From NCBI GenBank assembly GCA_013265495.1, contig MU057487.1, positions 186,001 to 250,000 on the forward strand: a DNA stretch of 64,000 bases, written 5' to 3'. Numbering within the stretch: the first letter of the stretch is position 1; every line of letters begins with the position of its first letter. Shown piece after piece: positions 25,249-38,758 of this stretch. A program made the position numbers and the translations under genes. The notes beneath the pieces were generated by a model. The model had not been told where the DNA came from. It saw nothing but the letters and a program-made list of their open reading frames with translations, and did no database searches. Origin of the DNA: Vicugna vicugna (lineage: Eukaryota).

Positions 25249-26805
25249 CTAAAAAAGAAAACACGCAGAACATGCCTCAGTGAGATGCTACCAAAAATGA
25301 CTTCCAATCTATAAATACATTACAAGGAGGAGAAGGGAATCATAATTTCATTTACTAAATATTTCATGATATTAATATCCTCTAAGTCAGTCTATAAAAA
25401 CTAAGGCGTTTTATGTTTAATAGTTAAACTATTTTTCCGTCCAACCAGAGTAGGCTTTCATAATCTTTAGTTCTGCTCACCCTAACATGAACATAACAGT
25501 CAGTTTGTCATCATTATTTTGTAAGATGTTGTTCTCACTTCAGTATTTAGGAAAAATGAAAGTTACCCTTCAGCACTCTAACAGCAGATGTAACAGAGGG
25601 ACTGAGAACAACATTAATTGGAAGAAAATATATTCAACATATTCTACACAATTTATTAAGCAGATTTATATTTTCACATGTTAAAGCATTTATTATTTAG
25701 AAAATGAGATGGAAATGTTAGATACAATAAAATGACAGTTTAGCTGCATGGATCTCATCAAAACTACAAGGAAAGAAGAAACTACTTATAACACCATGAC
25801 CCTTTCCATTTTTATAGTAATTTTTATCAAAATATTTTTATCACTGATTTTTACCAGAAATCACCAGTATTTGTACATTACTATTCTTCTGCTCAGGTCC
25901 CAATGTATTATCTATTATTTTAAGATTTATTATCAAGAAAATATCCTTTAAAATCTTCTTTTCTTCATAAATCATGGAAACTAAAATGAATGTTCTTTCT
26001 GATTATTGCTGGTCGTAATGTGGAACTCATATATTTAACCTTCTCTTAGTTCCATGGAAAAAAACAGCCAAGGACACTTTTATTCATTTAATCATAACAG
26101 GTTTAACTTTCAAATTTTGAAAAGCACTGCATATTCTGATATTATATATACTGACTGATCACACAAAGTAGGAATTTATAGTATCATAAATCACAGGTGG
26201 TAAAATAAAAATAAGAATCTCTTTGAGGAGAACTAATACAGTGCATCAAGTTTATAGATAGCTGTAAACTAATAATCACAAAGAAACATACTTAATTGAT
26301 ATAGGTCTTCTAAAAATTACATATAAATTCCTTTAGGATTGCATTTATTTTTACTTTAAAGCCTGGCGTTATTAGATATTAATAATATTAAGTAAGAACT
26401 ATGTTACTACACCTTCATGATACCTTAAGTAAATCTGTGTATGCTGTATTGTATTTCTGTACAATTAACAGATAATCATGTGAAACTGACAGAGTCAAGT
26501 TACTCAGACTCAATCCTATAACTGGACATAATACTTAGATTACGTACTTTAATGAAAAAGATGGGGTTATTCTAGAAATATACTTTCATCTATCACTTAA
26601 GGAAAAACACTGCTCAAACACACACAGCACAAAGCAGATCAGTTAACCTCTGGCCCTGCTTTTAAGATGGAGGTAATACTTGCGTTGCATGCAAAGCTGT
26701 TGTGTGCAAGAGAGAGAGAGGCAGAAACAGCCATAGTGTATGTAAGAAATCTTTGAAAACTGTAAAGTGTTTTATAAATGCATGTGATATTTATTATAAT
26801 TTCAC

Positions 26806-26877
26806 CTGTTTTCCCAGCTGCCGAGCACAGATTGGACAAGGTTCTGGATTGATACCTCCTGATGTTTTGTCCTGAGA
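26806..26877 (-). CDS. SHPRH: SHPRH exon 24: SQDKTSGGINPEPCPICARQLGKQ (start of RING)
   Basis: cggatag|TCTCAG ... AAACAG|gtgaaa; 72 nt; CPIC. Confidence 0.94.
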
Positions 26878-27739
26878 CTATCCGAAAAAGAAGAATTAAA
26901 AAATACGTTTGTTATATTTTAAAACCTGGTACATGTTTTACAACTAATTTATAAAGTAAATGCTGGCAGTTGCAATTAAAAAAATATAATAATTGAGATG
27001 ACCTAATAATTTCTACATTACCTAATACTATTATTCCTAGGATTTACAGATAACATTCATTCAAGGAGTAAACTGAAAACCTGACACAATTTTTCATATA
27101 GTTTGTTAAAGTTATCACATTACTGTACTTGTGATTATAGAAGGAAAAATACAAATATAATTTAGATAAGTTCTCAAAATTTTATTTTCATGCTACATTT
27201 TTTTATAAAGAAATATATATTCTGTATGTCTGTTTGGCACGGGATCACAGACATGGGAAGAGGCAGCGTTTATTTACGTAACTCCCTATTAATACTGGTT
27301 TCTTCTCAGTATCCTTTTTCTAATCTCACTAAGGCAAAGCAAATAACTAGAAAGGAGAAATACTACTGATTTGAGACCGATCTATGCCTACAAATTATGT
27401 CAAAGTATAATAGCTTTTCAAAATCTCCTTAAAATTATATCAAAAACTGAAAGATCTTCAAAAAGGTCATCAAATTAAAACTGAGGAAAACAAAGTAAAT
27501 CAGACTTACAGACTACGAAAGTTTTTAAGTCTGCAGTTTCACTAACCAAATAGTTAAACATGAAAAAATATTGTTCTTCATTATCCTTTGACTTTTATAA
27601 GCAGTTAAAAAAAAAAGGCTAAAATTGTGCACAGATTCCGCAACTCTAATGGTTAAAACAATTTCATTACCTATAATGTAAGTATGCAAGCATTTTAAAC
27701 AGCTGACCTGAATTACTCTTTTCCTCTGTTAATTACTGA

Positions 27740-28145
27740 TTTCTTTCAGGTAACATGTAACAGACCACCTAAAATCTTAGAGGCTAAATAAACTTTTATT
27801 TCTTTTGATTCTACAGGTGCCCTGGATAATTTTGTGATGGGCTGATATGGCTCAAGCCTGATGGTCCAGGATGGCCCCGCACTCATGTCTAGTAGCTGGG
27901 AGGCTGACGGGTCTGGGAGAGGGCTAAGGTGAGGTCTTTGCTCCCAAGAAAGGCAATCTGGGCTTCCTCACATAGTCTCATAGTTCCAAAAAACAACACG
28001 ACTGGGAGAACTCCAATGTGCATGGACTTTTCAAGCCTCTGCTTGTGTCACAAGGCCAAAAGCAAGTCATATGACCAAGCCCAGAGTCAGTGTGGGAGGG
28101 GACTAACCAAGAGCATGCACACTAAAGCAGCTTGGTCACAAAAGC
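27740..28145 (-). mobile_element. MLT1-type MaLR LTR
   Basis: taacagaccacctaaaatcttagaggctaa...ggccaaaagcaagtcatatgaccaagcccagagtc. Confidence 0.65.
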
Positions 28146-28439
28146 AGCTGCAGACAATACTTAATGAGTAAGTATGGTATAGTTATGGGACATAAGTTGG
28201 TATCATCCATATGTTGAATTATTTTAAAAAAATTAAAATTCTAAGGATATGATCTATGTAGGAAAACTTATTTGGCTAAAAATATAAGAAAAAATATTTA
28301 ATCTATAAATGAAGGAAAGTAAGGAAATCTGCAAACGACTAAGCATAGGACAAATCCAGCCCACCACCTGTTTTTGTAAGTTTCATTGTAACATCTCTCT
28401 TTTCCTGCCAAAATAGTAGTAGTCATTGTAGTAATAATA

Positions 28440-28665
28440 TAATAATATTAATAGCAAATACCTAGAAAGTGCTTAATAAACCAGGAAATACTTTGGTACT
28501 TTACATATATTAATTCACTTAATCCTCAAGAAAGCCCTAAAAGATAGTGTTACTATTCTGTCATTTCCCAGATGAGACAAAGATACAGAACTTGAGTAAA
28601 GTCCTGTATCTAGAAAATAATCACATCATGATTCAAACGTGCACAGTCTACCTTTAAACTCCCAT
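28440..28665 (-). mobile_element. MIR SINE
   Basis: tactttacatatattaattcacttaatcctcaag...catttcccagatgag. Confidence 0.65.
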
Positions 28666-29392
28666 GTTGTTTTCCTATAATGAATGTCCAAGTTTTTCCA
28701 TTTTGTCATCACTGGGATTTAATGATTCACCTAAATGTATTTTGTGTCAATTTTCAAGATCAGTTGTAGTCTACTGCTTTCCTTCATTTGTCCTATCAAA
28801 AAATCTACTATCATACGTTGTTCTGATAAATTACTCTGCCAACTGTCATTTACTCTCGAAGAAAATGGAATCACACTCATCAATGTCTAAAATAATACTT
28901 TGCTCACAACTTAGAAAATGTGTTGTGAAATTATATTAATAATTCATTACCATGTTTTCTTATTTAGTAACTTTCCAAACACACTTCACAGCTTCAAATA
29001 ACAAATTAAAAAAAATCTATGTATGCATTAATGGATGCATGTGTCTATATTATATAATGAAATCTTTGCCCAGAGGTATGTTCTAATACTTCCAATATTC
29101 AAGGCTTCAAACTAAAGTCTGTTTAAATTGTGCTATACTCTATGTTGCACACCTTTTATATTATCTACATAACATACTTTCTATAGTTACCATCTCCTTT
29201 TGTGATCTGCATAGCTATTGCAGACACAGCTAATGTTCTGACCCATATAACTAACACAAAGAAAGACAGAAAGATTAAAAAAAATCACCACTACCATTAA
29301 TCAGGGGAATAACAGATTAAATGAAAGGAGTCACCAAAGTGGTATATTGACAATACAGTATGAAAAAAAGTTGCATATTTTAAAAGCAATAC

Positions 29393-29494
29393 CTTCTCCA
29401 AGTTAGTTAGGTAAAGAAGCTGCCCAAGCTTTTTCTGAAGCTGTGATGTAGCAACAGCTTTATCATTCAGTAGTTTTATACGGTTTTGTTCCAC
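29393..29494 (-). CDS. SHPRH: SHPRH exon 23: VEQNRIKLLNDKAVATSQLQKKLGQLLYLTNLEK
   Basis: tttttag|GTGGAA ... GAGAAG|gtattg; 102 nt. Confidence 0.95.
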
Positions 29495-30573
29495 CTAAAA
29501 AACAAAACAAAACAACTTCTTTATTCTAAGATGGTAAAATTAAATTAAACATGCACAATTCTTCCTTAATATTCATGTGTCCTATTTTAAGAAAACTCAT
29601 TTACATATGAAAACACAGATTTGTAAAATGGATACTAGATAATGTATTTCAAAAAAAAAATATATATATTATAGAAAACAAAATTCAATGTAGAATTCTG
29701 TTCAATAGGAAGGTTCCCTATATTCCTGAAGTAGGATAAAAATCAACCAAAGGCTATTTATGTATGACTTTTCAGTAATACATTCATGGGATAAAGAAAA
29801 ATAAAATGATACACTACTTTGGCCAGAGTGATTTTAAGAAATCCAGGGAGAATCTCCCTGAGCCCCTCCTGTCTGTGGCCCTCTCAGTAGAATATGGTAA
29901 ACAGAAAAAAAGTGTAAAAATAAGAGAAATTTATTTCTACAGGAAAAATGTATTAATAAGTCTGAAAAATTAAGTGAAACAGTATATAATGAATATTTCT
30001 AAGTTTTTCTAAGTCATGGTCTCCAAGCTTTATAGAAAAGAGTTAAAAGATTAAAGGAATAAAAACAAATTATAAAGGAAATAATATTTCCAATATGAAG
30101 AAAAAAGGCTGGTGGAGTTATTTTTTAATCCTGAGATACAAAGAGGGATTTATCAGATGATAAATTGTCAATATCTGTTCATCATTAGCAAAGAAAAACA
30201 CTGCAAAATAAATTCTTAGTCATTCTTGGAAAAGATTTTTTAGTTCTGAAAAAGCTAAGGTAATGACATATATCTAAAAACTGACCAAGAATATCTGTAG
30301 GTTTTGGCATCCAAAAAGAGCTCAAGAATAGATGAATACGCAACAGAGAGAAACAAAGACACAATACACCAAAATAGTGAGTGCTAAGCATGTATCAGAC
30401 ATGAAATGGCTCATCTTCGACCTACAAAAACAAACAGCTTCATATGGTTCAAACTAGGAGTAGATGTGAAATACTTATTTACTGAAGACATCACTGCCCC
30501 GACCCTGCTCTGTGGATCTTGGATTTCTGTGTCATCTATTTGCCATGTCTTTTGTGATGTACTTGCACGTTAC

Positions 30574-30717
30574 CTCATGTGGCTCAATGATGTGAAGAAC
30601 TGGTGGATTGGGCTTTGGCTCCCTAGGGTCACGAACTCTCAGTCGTTCTGTAGCCATTGCAAGCTCATCAATAGCAGACACACGATTCCTCAGAGCCATC
30701 CAATATTCGTGAAGCAA
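30574..30717 (-). CDS. SHPRH: SHPRH exon 22: LLHEYWMALRNRVSAIDELAMATERLRV...IIEPHE
   Basis: cctccag|TTGCTT ... CATGAG|gtaacg; 144 nt. Confidence 0.95.
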
Positions 30718-30984
30718 CTGGAGGAACAGAAAAGACAAAGACAGTCGTAATGCACGTAGTTAAAACTCGTTAAAACCCCCAAGATGTGAGGTCTTAAGAC
30801 ATATACAGTTTTTTTCATTAAGTGTCTACAGTACACGTGGTTCTTGGGCCATTTTTAGGATGAGCAAGTGTGACTGAATAATCTCCACAGGACACTACCG
30901 TGTATTGCCTCTTCATATCCCAAGATTTCTTGATAGGACCAAAGATCTTTACAGATCAATACTAGACTGGTAGATTCTCTCCTT

Positions 30985-31420
30985 TATTTCTTAAAGAAAC
31001 ACTTTCCATTATTAGAATATTTCACATATTTGAAATAGTGTGTATATATGACAATGAGAATTCTAACATAAACAACCGAGTCCATGTCCTCCAATTTAAG
31101 AAAGAAGGATAATACCAGTTCCTTAGAAAGTCTCTGTATTCCTTCTCAGCTGTATTACTCTCTTTCCTCACACATCTTCCTTCAACCCCCAACAAGGGGG
31201 TAATTACTATTCTGAGTTGGACTTATCATTCTGTACTTTTCATTGGAGTTATACTAATCTACATATCCTTAAGAATCTGGTTATATATGTTCCTGAAATT
31301 TATAAAAATGGTATCAACCAGTATAAAATTTTTGATATGTTTTCTTCATTAACATTATGCTTTGAGTTAGATTCTGACTGACGTGTGTAGCAGTAGCTCA
31401 TTCACTTACACTGCTGTAAG
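30985..31420 (-). mobile_element. Old L1ME-type fragment
   Basis: aattactattctgag...tataaaaatggtatc...ttcattaacattatgctttgag...tagctcattcac. Confidence 0.55.
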
Positions 31421-32447
31421 AGGGTTTAATCTGCAATGTTATGGAGAAAAAACGCACAAGGATCTGGGAGAACTACATAGTAAGCATTCTTCTGACAAAG
31501 AGCATGTGGCCAAATGGGGCTCAAAGAAAAAACATAGGTGCAAGTGAACACTGTATACAGTACTGTCGTCTTCCATGACTTGCTATAATTAACTGTGTTG
31601 ATCTGTTTTTGCATTTAAAATAGTAATGTGAAAAGAAAAAAATGATTATGAACCAATGATTTTGACTCTATAAAAGTAACATTCCCCAATTTATCAAATG
31701 CATAAATTGGTATTACAGATAGCATATCTTCTCTTTCTTGATATAAATTTTTATCCTGTTTTAAAAGGCAGGAACTTAAAAGATATAAAATGGAATTATC
31801 ACTTTATAAATTAAAAAAAGGACACTTCTTTCATTTCTTTACCCATCTCACTTACAAAGTAGGGTAAGAGGTTAACAAATCCACATATAAAGAATCATTC
31901 AAAATTAATGAATTCTGGAATCTTATCTCAGGTACATAGTTATAGTATGATTAAATTATTAACATATAAATACTAATGGTCACTTTGTGCATTATTAATT
32001 GCAAGAGTTTCCACTCTTGTAGGTTGAGAAATATTTACTATGTTCTCCACTCTTTAAGGTTGTTGATGTTTGGTTGTTATTCACAGAGGAAAAGCAAAAC
32101 AAAATAAAAAAAAAAAATGAAACAAAACCATACTCTTACAGAACAGCAGTGTAAGATCAAGCTAAGAATTGAATGATACACTTTCAAGGCTAAATAAAAG
32201 GTTTCATATAAATTTCATTTTAGTAATGATTTTCTTTTAGTAATTTAATAAATAGGACTTCCTCATTTGTTCAGTATTTTGTATTTATTATTCACCATTA
32301 CATTTTAGGGAAAGATAAATTATGTTCCTGAAGTTTCTAAAGCAGATTTTTTAAAAACTGAAGAGAGAAAAAGGAAAGAAGCAATTAAAATTAATGTAAA
32401 AGGAAGAGAATTTTTAACATTGGAAGGAACTTTTAAAATACTGCTAC

Positions 32448-32673
32448 CTTATATTCTTTCTTCCAGGCTTCAAAGAGATCCATTGAAGTACTTCCTTCAT
32501 CAATGAATTCAACATCAAATCTATGTGACTTTGCAAATGATAGCAGAGCTTTCATAGATCGCTCTGTCTCACTTATTGCCCACAGACCCCGGCTGGTGGT
32601 AGGTATCCGATCATCCACCAGTCCTTCTTCATCTTCTATCATCTCCTCAAATATTGCAGTCTGGCCTTTGACT
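32448..32673 (-). CDS. SHPRH: SHPRH exon 21: VKGQTAIFEEMIEDEEGLVDD...FEAWKKEYK
   Basis: tcttcag|AGTCAA ... TATAAG|gtagca; 226 nt. Confidence 0.95.
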
Positions 32674-33229
32674 CTGAAGACGTAAGAGAACAAAATAACA
32701 GTAAATACTGTCCGAGGGTAACAAGTACTATACAAATCGTATCGGCAGAGCAAATAGGAAACAAGATCAAAAAAAAAAATTTTATAAACAACTTTCAATG
32801 TCATGTCTATAAGATCATGCTTGCAAATCTTTGGAAAAACCATACACAGCAACTCTGAAATGCTTAAAGTATCATAAATTTGACAACTGTTTTTCTTGAG
32901 AGCAATCTGACATAAAAAATGGCTATAAATTCCAGGCTAAAAATCTTGCTTTGAGAATTAAAATAACACAAAACACTTATTACCACCACTATCAGCCACA
33001 CAAGAACACAACAAAATAACCCCACAAAATAATCTAAGAGTACACTGCCAATTTCCCTCTTTTTTTTTTTTTTGGCAATCAGAATTTAGCCTTTCCTCAA
33101 TTTTCATGTTTGTAAAATAGAGATAATTTTGCTAACGCCAAGGCCATGTCTTCACTAAGTAGCTTAATCCCTGACACAAGGATGAAGACTTCAAATTTGT
33201 GTTGGAGAAACTGTATTAATGAGACCTAA

Positions 33230-33450
33230 CATTTTATAGAACACTTACCATGTATTAAACACAATGCTAAGCAATTATGTACATTTTCTCACTTAATATT
33301 CATAAAAAACTGTGAGGTAAGTGTTGTTATTATCTTCATTTCACACATAAGGATACTGAGGTTCTGAGAAGCAATCTCCCACAATAGTGGGCAGGGATTT
33401 GAGTTCAAACCTGTCGAACTTGAGAGTCCGTGTACTCCCCAAGCTGTCCC
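33230..33450 (-). mobile_element. MIR SINE
   Basis: cacttaccatgtattaaacacaatgctaag...tgtgaggtaag...actgaggttctgaga. Confidence 0.75.
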
Positions 33451-33676
33451 TCAAGTACACGTTATTACATGACATGAGCATCTGGGAGTAAACGTTCTAC
33501 ACGGGTGAAAATGAGCATGTTAAATGATCAAACGCTAAAGCTTACTGAATTGATTTAATAAGAGAAAAAATAAGAGAAATGTTATTGTGAGGAAACTATA
33601 GTCCTATAAATTAAAACATCAAGTCTTGTAAAATGTTTCATTTTCCTGATGGGAAATAATCAGTCAGAGAACTTAC

Positions 33677-33739
33677 GTGTGAGAAAACAGCTTCGATTCA
33701 TACTCTGTGAACAATTCATCAGCCTTACAAAAGACACAG
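33677..33739 (-). CDS. SHPRH: SHPRH exon 20: (C)CVFCKADELFTEYESKLFSH(T)
   Basis: tttccag|CTGTG ... CACAC|gtaagt; 63 nt. Confidence 0.93.
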
Positions 33740-34039
33740 CTGGAAAATAAATTATCAGAGAAATATTCAGACACACCCAGCAAACAGCTAATTTTTAAAA
33801 GAGGGTTAGTATTTTATGCTTCACATTTTCTTTACAAGAAATAAACCATTTTAGAAAAAAAAATTATATGGTCCTCAGGTATGTGGTCCTGGAGAGTTTT
33901 TTTTTTTTAAGTTAGATCAATAATATCTCTACTCTAAATTCAAACGAGAAATGTTATACGTGAGCCATCATTTCTTCTCTCAGAAGAAATGTAGCTCAAC
34001 TGAATGACGCTGTTTCATTGTATGACTTCTATCACCTAC

Positions 34040-34213
34040 CAGTTGAGAGGAAGTCTGGTTGGTCGGAGATGGCAGATTGTTGCAGACTCGATAACGTGAC
34101 GAGATGGAGGTCCCTCTAGATTTTTTACAGCCTCTCTTACTTGCTTCTGGAACTTACTTAGCTCTTCCATTTGTGTTGTTAGTAAGAACTGAAGACCTCT
34201 GCAGTCATGGAAC
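34040..34213 (-). CDS. SHPRH: SHPRH exon 19: (K)FHDCRGLQFLLTTQMEEL...SATICHLRPTRLPLN(C)
   Basis: gaaccag|GTTCCA ... AACTG|gtaggt; 174 nt; an alternative in-frame acceptor starts at 34198. Confidence 0.9.
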
Positions 34214-35564
34214 CTGGTTCCCATCACCAGCACCACACACAAGAAAGAAGAGAACAGTCGGTCAATTTCCTAAAAATTCAAAAAGTGGTTGGCAAAGTGT
34301 TGAAAAACTGTATAACATTTTACCTAGTCACACTTGAGTGAATTTACTTTAGGAGTGCATTCAATTGGTATCTACTAGTAAACAAGGAAAAATAACATTG
34401 GGTGGTCTATTACAAAAGATAACAAAAATGCCTGATAGTTCCTGTCCTTGAAACTGAAAAACTGCACAAAACCTATGTCTCTGATGTCTCTGAAAGATCA
34501 GGATTGCCACATTCTTTCCTTTTAATGCTGATTGACTACAGATGTCCCTCCTGACATTCATGCTTTATGTGGCGAGGTGACTGCAGGATGAAAAGTAAAG
34601 ACAGAAAATTAAGAAATAAGAAAGTAGCCAGGAGCTATATTCCCTATTACAAGGAAATTATATAAATGTACATATATTTTTATTATGCATTTACTATACT
34701 CCAGGCCCTTTGCCAAGTACTTCTTCCACATACTCTCAATACCATTGTGCCCAGTTCACAGATGAAGCTTAAATGAACTAAAGTAATTCAATGAAAGTTA
34801 CAAAGTTATCATGTAGCAGAGTTGGGAGTTAAACCCAAAGACAATACTCTTAACTACTTTGATAAATTGTAAATGAAATGGGCTAAGAAAAAAGTATGAA
34901 TGTGTGTATGGGTTTATGAAAGGAAAAAGAAAGCCTAGAATAATTAGAAATTTAAAAATGGAAAATATAAACAGGATTTGTTTGCCTTTTAAGAATACAT
35001 CCTTCTTTGCAAAATGCCTCACAACATTCTCTCCACATTGTTCGAAAGAGCCCGCTCTCCTTTCTGGAGAGTATTTCACAACACTAATCTATGTTTCTTT
35101 CTGTCCATGGAACTTATTAAACATCATTCACTTTAGTACTTTGTTCAGTTTTACACATACTCATATTTCTCACATTATTTATGGCTCTTGTCTTTTATTA
35201 GGCTTTTAGAAGGTAAGAATTAGACTGTATACTTTTTAAAAAACACACATAATAGACATAGAATAGCTGCTCAGTAATTTCTAAAAAATTTGCATAGAGA
35301 TACTTATGAGGTTAGGTATCAAAACTATTTACAAAAAGAAAACAAAGTCTTTTATTTGTAACTTATTAGAAACTCAAGTTGTTCTTCAGAAATTAACTTC
35401 TGAACCAATGGGAAGAAACAGCTTTTGAAAAATTCTCTCCACTAACTCATGTCTGAGCATGTGAGTAGGGACTGAAAAATATTATCACAGATCAGCATTT
35501 AACAAGTCTTAGCGATGTTCTCTCTTGCAGGTCCTTTAAATGAAAGAGAAGAAAACATAATACA

Positions 35565-35810
35565 GTGTAATGCATAAACACCATACTATATGGTAGACAA
35601 CACTTACAAATATTAATTTACTAATCCTCACAACAATGCTGTGTGCTTTTATAGATGAAGAGACTAAGGCAACTAAGGCACGGAGAGATTATATAACTTT
35701 CCCAAGGTCACAGAGCTAGTAAGTCGTGGAGTTCAGATATGAACACAGGTAGTCAGCCAGACTCAAGAACCTACCTGTGTGCGCTCTTAATCTCTAAGCT
35801 ACATAGCCTT
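35565..35810 (-). mobile_element. MIR SINE
   Basis: taatcctcacaacaat...tatagatgaagagactaaggc...cccaaggtcacagagctagtaag. Confidence 0.8.
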
Positions 35811-37272
35811 TCTCCAGAATCATTAACAAGTGAACATGAGTAGTTTGGTTTTTGAAATATGTCTTATTAAAAAAACACAGCAGCAATGTTAAAATGAAAC
35901 TGATACACTGTAACTGGCTATAATTCAATAAAAAATTTTTAAGAAATTAAAAAAATTTCTAAATATATGTAATATAAAAATATTAAAAGTGTGCTTTCTT
36001 ACTTTCTATTTATGTCTAATGTTTTTTAAAAGCATGTTTGTGTAATGAATGGTACATTTCATGTTTTCTATTGGTCCTTATACAGAACTGGGACCTCAAA
36101 ATATTTAATTGGGGATACATTCTAATATGGGGATTTACAACTTTTAGATGTAGTTCCTGTATGACTTAAGAAAAACAAGTTCAAGATATTTTAAAGATAT
36201 TTATCAGCTAATGCCACAATGATGGTAGAACATAATAGGATGTAACTTTTAAACTGGATAAAACAAATTATGACTTAAACGACAATTTATCCTGAAATAG
36301 TGATTCTTGGTCTTAACAGGGAAAAAGAAAGTATACTTAAAAGCATAAAGTACTGCATGTATTTCAGCAACAAGAAGCCCATCAGGTCTATACGGTAAAA
36401 AAAGATGATTGCATTAAGGTACACCCAAGTTAACAGTGACACGCGGAAAATGTAGCCTATCTCTTTAGGGTGTAAGCAGACATTTAGAAAAGTTTTTAGA
36501 AGAGTAAATGAAAACACATTAAAACATTTCAAAGATATTCTTATACTGAACTTTTCGATGAAAACCAACTTTAGTCCCAAGGCGGACCTTATACTGGGAT
36601 GTGATCTGAGCAGCAATAAAGATCCTCTCTCTGGCCCCCTACCCAGAATTGACAGTTCTGATACAACACCTAAAGTCCCCACATCACACAGACATTCCTT
36701 CTGGTTAAACCACTGAAGGTGTTTTTGATAAAGAGTAAATTTGTTCTCTGGGAAGAATTATTCACCACTTATACTTCAAGAGCAACAGTCCAACTTACCT
36801 ATCTTGAAGAATGGTGAGTGTTGATAAAGAAAGACGGGGAAGACAAAGCAGGTAACTCTAAAACATAACACCTGGGCCACTGTGGCACTACAAGTTTAGC
36901 TCTCAGGGAAATATGAACGCCTTACCCCAGGGCAAAATTCTCCAAAACAAAGTCTATTTCGAAACTTTGCTTAAAGTTGGCTTTAAGTAACTTTGTCAAA
37001 CAAAGATACAAAGAAAATACTTTAAGCAGATTAAAGAACAGGAGTTAAAAAAACACTGAAAAGAGAACATTTTAAAATGACTAATATATAGCAAAAAAGG
37101 TTTCTCTTTTATACCTACACCTAATTTTGGTCTGAAGTATACTCTTAACAATATGCAAAATCCAGATGTTCACAGCCATGATATATTTGGGTATTTAGTT
37201 GTAATTCAATATCAAATGATCTGAATATTTGGGGTGACTACTCATATACTCTACTTCATGCTATTTTCTTAC

Positions 37273-37415
37273 TTCTCTGACATAGAAAGCTTGCCAGTTT
37301 GTTGCTTATAGTTGCTGGTTATTTCATTTCGCACTCTTTGAATAAGCTCCTCTTCAATCCCAAATTCTATTGCTCTGTGGATCACATTCAGCCACCAAGG
37401 AGAATTAGAATAAAT
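37273..37415 (-). CDS. SHPRH: SHPRH exon 18: IYSNSPWWLNVIHRAIEFGIEEELIQRVRNEITSNYKQQTGKLSMSE(K)
   Basis: tttacag|ATTTAT ... GAGAA|gtaaga; 143 nt. Confidence 0.94.
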
Positions 37416-38072
37416 CTGTAAATAAGACAACAGCTGATCAATGAATGTTTTTTTTTAGTACTCACTATGTTTCTATCACTGGAAAGGGTCCTGTGAAAAA
37501 TTCAAAGGAAGCAATAAACGCAAATTCCAAGGGGACTACGATAGCGGGGAGAACAGTATACCTACTCTGCATACAATGAATGAGTACAACTTCTGCACAC
37601 ATCATTAAAGAGAACACCTGTTTCCTGACTACTCGGGATGAGTGAGAATTTGTTGTATGTACCTGTGTAACAAAGCTATGCTAAACACTTAAGCAAAATG
37701 AAAATTCAGTATTCACTCTATATACCTGAAAAGGTAACATGTTTCTTTCTCAGCATAATAAAAAGACATCATGGTTGTCCTCAGCTAACTGAACTAGATT
37801 CTATTAAAAGAATAACCTATGATAACTAATTAAATTATATGCCCAAATACTAAATAATTAATGTATTAGGGAGAATAATCGAAAAGTAAAAGACAGCGTG
37901 TTTTGTGTAGCCTCCTCTTTAGACTTTGCTACTTATTTCACGAAAGAGAAACTTCGGAAATGACAAATGGCACGTATTCCCTAAGAAAAATATCTGTGGT
38001 TCTAACGTTTCAACATCTTAAAAGAAAAGATTTTAGAAACATACACATCTAAGATCAAAAGTAGGTTACAGA

Positions 38073-38351
38073 CGGAAACAGACTCGCAGACATAGTAAAC
38101 AATCTAATGGTGACTGGGGAAAGGGGATGGGAAGGGATAAAGTTGGCAGTTTGAGATTTACAAATGTTAGCCACTGTATATAAAAATAGATTAAAAAATT
38201 TCTTATGTATAGCACAGGGAATATCTTATAATAACCTTTAATGAAAAAGAATATGAAAATGAATATATGTATATATATGCATGCCTGGGACACTGTGCTG
38301 TACACCAGAACTGGACACACTGTAACTGACAGTACTTCAATTAAAAAAAAA
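38073..38351 (+). mobile_element. Relatively young 5'-truncated L1 3' end with A-tail and target-site duplication
   Basis: gaaacagactc.cagacatag...tatagcacaggga...tgtaactgacagtacttcaattaaaaaaaaa; TSD taggttacaga at 38062-38072 and 38352-38362. Confidence 0.85.
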
Positions 38352-38650
38352 TAGGTTACAGAAATCTCTACTTTCTTCAAAAGACAACTTGTTATATACC
38401 CAAGGTCAGAGAAGACCCCATCACAGCCTGAAGGAAATGAAGAAGAATAGCCTGAGAATAGGTGATCATGCATCTGTTCAATCAATAAACACAGCTAACA
38501 GCAAACTTTCATTGTGCTCCAGGAACTACACGAGGCGCTAAGAATTCCAAGGTGAGCAAGAAAGTTCAAGTTTCTCCCCAAACCGAAACACAACCCAAAA
38601 TGCTACGTGGAGACACAGGTGAGTGAGAAAAGCCGCGCATGTGGCCGCAC

Positions 38651-38758
38651 CTTTCTGTGGAGGTCACGGATGGTCTGCTGCACCGGCAGCAGGGCGTGCT
38701 GCGCCTCGGCGACCTCTGAATTGCACTTGCTCATGTAATGCTCTCGCAGCTGCTTGGC
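38651..38758 (-). CDS. SHPRH: SHPRH exon 17: AKQLREHYMSKCNSEVAEAQHALLPVQQTIRDLHRK
   Basis: aacacag|GCCAAG ... AGAAAG|gtgcgg; 108 nt. Confidence 0.92.
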
